From the human T2T-CHM13v2.0 reference genome, Homo sapiens, in assembly GCF_009914755.1 (NCBI RefSeq), contig NC_060936.1: DNA of 64,000 nt; one strand, given 5' to 3'. The first letter of the stretch is position 1, and every line of letters starts with the position of its first letter. This document shows, piece after piece, positions 57,742 through 64,000 of this stretch. Both the position numbers and the translations under genes were made by a program. The notes under the pieces were generated by a model. That model saw only the letters and a list, made by a program, of their open reading frames with translations, was not told the DNA's origin and made no database searches.

Positions 57742-60379
57742 ACTTACCATGGAAATATGAATTAAAATCACAGTGACAAACCACTACGCATCAGAACTAA
57801 AAAGACTAGCAGTGCCAAAGGTTGGCAATGAAGTGGCGAAGACTAACTCTTATACTCCCAACAGCAGGAAGGTGTCCCGTGGCTAATTCACGACATTTCC
57901 ATAATGGAACTTATTTAGGGATGTCGGGAGAGGTGACTGTTCATGCCAAGCACACTCTATTTTTGTCTTAGGGCTTTTAGAACCCTTTACCATGAGGTCG
58001 GTCTGAGTCTCCGCTCTAAGTTATGGAGCCTTGCCTGTGGAGTGTGTTTCAAGGCTGGTTTAGCTCAGTTTGTAGTTTACAATACGTACCAGTGAGCAAT
58101 TTCATTAGCAATTTAGGTCAAGCATTAATTCAGAGTAAAACTTTGCTCAAACATAATGTTCCCTAGTCCTGTTCTTATAGTCAACTGAGTTATATACACA
58201 TTGATATCTAGGAAGGGGATATCAGAAGCCTTCTGGGGGCAATCTCTCTGTATTCTACCAGTTCTCTGTGAACCTCACTTTCTCAGATCAGCAGAAAGGG
58301 AAGCATCATGAAGAAGTAAAGTGTTCTTCCTTGAGGCTGGCTCCCACTTTTTCCCATTTCATTTGTCTCATCATGTCTGCCTGATCCCCATCCAGGAAGA
58401 AGAGGGGCCAAGGACTCAGAATATCTTATTCTTTGGTGTAACACTAAGACCCCTTCTTCCACAAACCAAGGGACCTAACCAATTGCCCTGGCCTCCAAAA
58501 ACTCGCAGAAACCTCTGCAGTCTACTTTGAAGCCACCATAAAGAGTAAATTCAACCAAAAAGTCTTGACATCTTTCTGGTTCTTCATTCAAAGAGAAATA
58601 TACTTATTTTTTCTCTTTTAAATTAAATTGCAAGAGTCAAGGTCAAGTGGTCACCTGGAATTCCCAGCTGCATTATACTTTCTTCACTTTGTGGGTTCAA
58701 GTCAGACAATGAATGTGACTTCAATTTGCATATGTGGTGAAAATGGATTTTTGTCTGACTTCATCACACTTTCATCAGACAGGAGCAGGGCCTCCGCATC
58801 TTCTGACCAGTTCCATTTTTGATTACCTTTGCTTTGATGCTTGTGGATTTATTAACCAGCTAAGTGCTCACCAGAAACTTCAGCGCTGGGAGCCCTGGGC
58901 CAAAATCACAAAGTGCTCTTTCCCTCACACAAGGCTTTTGTTTAAACATTTCTTGAACGAACCAGCCTGTCAGGTCTGATTCTGTGGGAGAACATATTTG
59001 TAAGACAAAGCAATGCTGTGGCCTACCAGGAGGCCTATGACTCGCACGGTGAATTATTCACTCCTCTGCCTTGCTGGACAGGTCAGGTCACTGGTGTTCA
59101 CAGCGGGGAGCAAGACATTATTCATTACCAGGCTTGGTTTGTTGTCTTCAGTGATCCCCTTCCCCCAGTGATCCCCTGTCAGGTTTTAACAAGCCATCAC
59201 ATTCTTTTAAACTTCCCCTGGGCAGCAGAGGTCTCCCCTACCCCCTTTTTTCTTTTTTTCACTTGCAGAAGGTACAGTAATAGGTAGAAAGCTGGAGTGG
59301 TTGTAAATTGCAGCAGTTAATGTCAAATTGATGGAGCAGTGATCAAACGAAGTTCATAACCACACGATGCAACCTGAGAGTGGAATTCTCTCTCAGACAT
59401 TTCTAATGACTGGGCTATACAATCATAAACGTGAAGACCTTTTCTGGGAGGGGCAATAGAAAGAATTCATGTGGGTGACCACAACCATGAACGAGGATGA
59501 CACTGGACGTCAGTTTTGGAGAGAGCTCTGATGGTTTGGGACAACGGTACCTGAGTAAGAGCCTCAGCTCTGGGACATCTTCAAGAATTAGGATTTTTCC
59601 CAGCTCCTCCACTGGTTTTCTACCCTTGATTGCAGGGATAAGAGAGGAAAAGTTTGCTTGTCTAGAAAAGCCACAGTGGCAAATTGCTGAGCTGTCTGCC
59701 TAGCTCTAGCATCCAGCACAGTCCATTCACAAAACAGAATGAGAGACAATGTCACACAATTAACAGTGACACATTTAAAAACCAATTACGCTAGACGCTA
59801 CGCAGCTGACTTCCAGCTGTCTGTTCAGCTGCAGGCAGCAGGAGGAAAAGTGATTTGATGCAGGAAAACTTTACGCTAAAAAGAATCGGAGAGTAATATC
59901 CAATATATCCCATTGTTGCCTGCATATAGAAGGGAAGGGCAGGTCTGCTCACTTTTACTTTATTATATTTCTCCCCTCTGTTGGATGTAAAAGGTATTAG
60001 TGTCCTAGGGTTAACATATTCAGAATGATTTAGTTGCAGAAAAAGAGGAAATTGCAACTTGATGGCAAGAGTAACGAAATGAAATGAATGACAAAGTCCC
60101 CTAAAATAACTATCAGGGTCTCCTCCCTCCACAGTGGAGGAGCCCCTCTCTGTCTCATGCTTCTCTGACATGGTCTGCACATGCTGCTGGTTGGGTGTGA
60201 AGTTAGTATCCTAGGCAGAAGAGTGAATTGACAACTTTATATGTTTTCAAGTTGTTTAAAGTATAAACCACTTTAGCGATGGATCTTGGAATGGTTGAAA
60301 TTGTGGTTTGTGAAATAAGCACTTAATTTAAGATTGGAAATACCCACAGGAATAACTGAGCCTATAAAATATGAAAATT

Positions 60380-60480
60380 CACATCAACCTGTAATGATAA
60401 ACATATATGAAGTACACAACCTGTAAAGATAAGAGTATATCACATCAACCTGTAATGATAAAAGTATATGAAGTACACAA
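60380..60480. repeat. 61-bp-period tandem duplication with a ~30-bp sub-unit
   Basis: cacatcaacctgtaatgataaa at 60380 and 60441; caacctgtaa(t/a)gataa occurs three times. Confidence 0.85.
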
Positions 60481-61049
60481 AAGCATGACTTGAGTTTACA
60501 AGACTTGTCCAGAGAGCACAGAAAATCACGTGCTACTGGGTAATTCAGACAAATAGCTTTGGCTTGCCCTTAATTACCTAAACAATTCAGGACTGAGCTG
60601 GGCCATTTTTAACTGAATATAATTAGGGTGGTTCCCTTTGGTTGTGTGGACCTGGGTATATAATATGTTGTATTTCAATTCCTATAATTTACAGGCATAT
60701 GAGCAGGCTAAATATTGTAAAGCAGGATATGGTTCCTGGAGGATGCCAGCATCCACCCACTAATTGACCTGCTAAGAACCAGCAGCAACATGCTCTCCAG
60801 TTGTGGTCTGGAGGCTGAATTACAATAAATACCCACATGAGTGTCTTATTTAGATTTGTCCGATTAAAAAAACTCATGTACAAAGCTGATGAGACCTATG
60901 TTAGTTGCAGGTTAATACTTGCTGATTTCTTGCCGTCAACTCTCCAGTAAACAAGAACGAAGGCATGGCCAGGCGCTCTCTGTTGCTGCCAGGAAGGGAG
61001 GCTTTGAGAAGCCAGCTGCAGGGCAGGGGCATGGCCAGGAGCATTGGTC

Positions 61050-61220
61050 TTGGAGCCAGATAATTTGGGTTGCACTCTTTGTTTGGATACTTCTCTTCCT
61101 TTGACCCTTCGTCACTTATGGAAGCTAGACCACAGTTTTCTCATCTGCAAAATAGAGGCAATGATGTGGTTCTCACAGATGGTTGTGAGATACAAGGCGG
61201 CAAGGTTTGAGACTGCTCCT
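61050..61220 (+). mobile_element. MIR SINE
   Basis: ttggagccaga...cagttttctcatctgcaaaatagagg...ggttgtgag. Confidence 0.65.
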
Positions 61221-63009
61221 TATAATTAAGTCGTTGGCATAGAGGAAAAGACTGGTGTTTGCAATCCCTTTACTAGGCAGCATCTTGGTGGGAATTCTGA
61301 GAAAGGACCCAGTGAGCCTATGGCCAGTCTCCTCCAACTTGGGATGGTGTCTAGATTCCAAACAAAGAGCCAGTGGGCAGCAGAAAAGCAAAGCACTGGT
61401 TTCTGACTGAGGGGCCATTGGGCCCCCCGTGGGAGACAGATCTTTAATAATGTTTTTAATGACAGTTCCTTTCCAATGTGGGGGAAGTCTGTACTGAGAG
61501 AAACTCGATGCCTCTGGCCTCGGGCGGCAGAATTACCATGTATCTTTTAATCTCAAGGAATAAGGAGCTTTAGTTCACAACAACCCTGTGCATCTTGTCT
61601 AGGCCTCCTGCTACACTGTGTTCAGGTAATCACATCAAATGGAGAAATCAGATAGTTTCTGGCTGATTCAAAATGTCCTGGCTGAGAGGCAGAGGAGATG
61701 TCAACAGAGATTTCAGGCTCATGGAAAAACGCTCAGGTCCAGCTTCATCTGCTTGTTCCATTCTAATCAGAGAGGTCCTCTGTGGGTCGTAAGACAAGAA
61801 ACTAGGGGTTTAAAGGTCCCTCAGGAACCAGGGACCAAAATCTGGATCTGAGGAGCAAAATGCTTAAACAAGCTCTGTCTGAGGAGTGAAGGTTAAATGA
61901 CCCCAGGAATGGGCCAGCTCTTTCTTAAGCAACTTCCTTGGTTTGGGGCCAGAAGGCCTGATGCCCAGTGTCTGTGAATGCACAGGATTGCAGGCGGAGT
62001 GCAGCACTTGAGCACCTTCTGTGCTTTTCAGCTCAGCCTTGGAGCAGTTTTATTCCATAAATATTATTATATTTTATATTATATATCATATATAAGTGTA
62101 TTATAAAAGGCAAAATTGTGACCTGTTGGGTCTTGGACTCAGAACCCATGCTATGGAAAAAGGGACTTCACCCAGTAATAAAATGCTTTGGGATTAGTCC
62201 CATCAAAAAGATAAAAATCTTAAATTGCAAGCATCATAAGAGATCTAACTTTATTTAATCGTGGACACGTTTCCTGCTCTAACTTTTTAAAGATGGTCTG
62301 CATTTGAAAAGAATTAGGACAATCCTGTATCTTTGATCAACTTGAAAGTCTCTTTAGGGGAAGATATTTAACACTCTGGTTTTTAAACAGAAATCTAAAT
62401 ATGCATCAGCTAATAGTTTCCTACATTAAGCAGTATCAACTTTGCCATTTCATGACATCCAAATGAATAGGAGACCTGTTTTATGCTTAAAAGTGACTAT
62501 CTGTGAACTAAACACACTTGACTGAGAGGTTTTTATGTGTCATTATTTTTGACACAGCTTGTCATTAGTTTTAACTTTGACCTGATTGCAATGAGGAATT
62601 TGGTTGTGCAAGCTTGCCTATTGTTTATCTATACTCAGACTTAATTATTGCTTCCCAGGTCAGTCATCACCATTTTAAGTGGAAAGAAATGGCTTTAACC
62701 CTTGGGATGATTCCCACAGAGTTTATTTTGTGTACTTGGATCATGAGGTCAGATGCATAGAAAAAGTGGTCACAGTACTCCTGGGGTGGGGGTGGGGTGA
62801 AGTGCAGTCCAGCTACTTGGTGGAGGAGAAAAGTGCGAGGCTTTCTCTCTTGTAGAATCACCTTAGTGGAGATGCGTGAGTCAAAAACTAAGGGGCAGAA
62901 GAACGGCCATTGTATGGTGTCTCAGAAGAGTCCTTCTTTCCGTTTCCCCACTATAAAGCTTTTTTTTTTTTTTTTTTTAATTTTCACCATTAAATTCCTT
63001 ACAGTGGGA

Positions 63010-63141
63010 GGCACTATTGATACGATGGGCAGGGTAATTTTTCTCTTGTGTCTAATTCCTGGCTATTGCAGGATGTTTAGCATCTCTGACTTTCTTCCCC
63101 CAATTATTTTGGCAACAACAATGTCTCCAGAATGTTCAAAA
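63010..63141 (-). mobile_element. MER20-like hAT MITE fragment
   Basis: ggcactattga...ttgcaggatgtttagca...aatgtctccaga. Confidence 0.65.
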
Positions 63142-63364
63142 TTTACTAAACACATTAACCTGGTTAGTAGAGAACAAAGCATGACTCAGATGAGAAGGCC
63201 AGAGAAATTTTCTTGGGAAAAGAGAAGAGAGGGAAGCTTCAGATTCTGCTATAGATCATGTCAAGTGGTAGAGGTGCTAAAAATTTCTGTGGAGGAGCAC
63301 CAGCAATGAACCTTGCCTACTAGAATTTAGCTGAATGTGTCCCTTGTTAGGTGGGGAGGGGGGA

Positions 63365-63480
63365 AGGAATAACATTTCTTGAGTAACTACTATGTGCCAG
63401 CAATTTGTAGTAATTATCCAACCTACTCATCATTATTCTGTGAATTAGGTATAATTATTCAACTTTCATATAAGGAACTT
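63365..63480 (-). mobile_element. MIR fragment
   Basis: taacatttcttgagtaactactatgtgccag...ataaggaact. Confidence 0.65.
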
Positions 63481-64000
63481 AGGGCTGACAGTGACAAAGT
63501 TGGGATAGGAATCCCTGACTGCTAAAACTGAAGCTGTCTCTCTTTAAAGATTTGAACTCATTATGAAACTTCCTCTGCATTCTAAGTTCAATGTTTTTCT
63601 TGTCATCCTGGGTGTTCAAGATCATATAAACAGATAAGGAAACTAGGGTTCTGTTACTTAACTTGAACAACTTACCTCTACCATGAACCTGGTAGAAGAT
63701 GCCAATCAGAGCTGGGCCTGCTTAAGTGCTTGCAGCTACAATTACTGTATAATTCCTGACAACATTAGGCCTTGCTTTATACCGTGATGGCCATCATTTC
63801 CTTCTCAAAACTGACCCGTGCAGAGTGACTTGATAAGGTATTCATGATACCATGATGGGCTGGAACTTGGGTCTGGGGTTCAGTGGCAGAGACTGGACAG
63901 GTGTTAGATAAACCTGTTTCCCTTTGCACCAGGACATACGACTAGACTACATTCCTCCGTTCCTTGTGGTTAGGAGTAGTCATAAACTAGATTTTGGCAA

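Noticed and set aside
62797-63309. 170-aa + strand ORF
   Set aside because: Non-ATG start, crosses a poly-T run and a MER20-like element, and shows no protein similarity I recognise.

Overview
This is primate (human-like) non-coding genomic DNA, AT-rich and dense in transposable elements. I found no host protein-coding exon, RNA gene or CRISPR-type locus that I can support. The only recognisable proteins in the ORF track are broken L1 ORF1/ORF2 fragments and one open L1 antisense ORF0. Two near-full-length primate L1s sit tail-to-tail: an L1PA7-like copy on + (9753-16255, 13-bp TSD) and an L1PA4-like copy on - (21673-27601). Around them are Alu, MIR, L2, L3, MaLR/ERV solo LTRs, old L1M fragments and hAT MITEs. 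The main result is a ~7.15-kb composite retro-insertion (21255-28405, - strand) that splits a solo ERV1 LTR, which itself splits an L2. Read 5'->3' it contains an MST LTR segment running from about the LTR transcription start to its splice donor, ~670 nt of apparently unique sequence, the L1 lacking its first ~190 nt, a ~400-nt non-L1 3' segment with its own AATAAA, and a poly(A) remnant. This looks like a retroposed, LTR-promoted, spliced chimeric transcript. A second highlight is a 45-bp piece of upstream unique DNA (8252-8296) copied into the endonuclease region of the first L1 (12279-12323), with fold-back and microhomology marks, next to a 91-bp tandem duplication. There is also a candidate 15-nt in-frame microexon (40906-40920) and a few enhancer-like motif clusters. 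Repeat subfamily names come from recalled consensus sequences and need RepeatMasker/Dfam confirmation.
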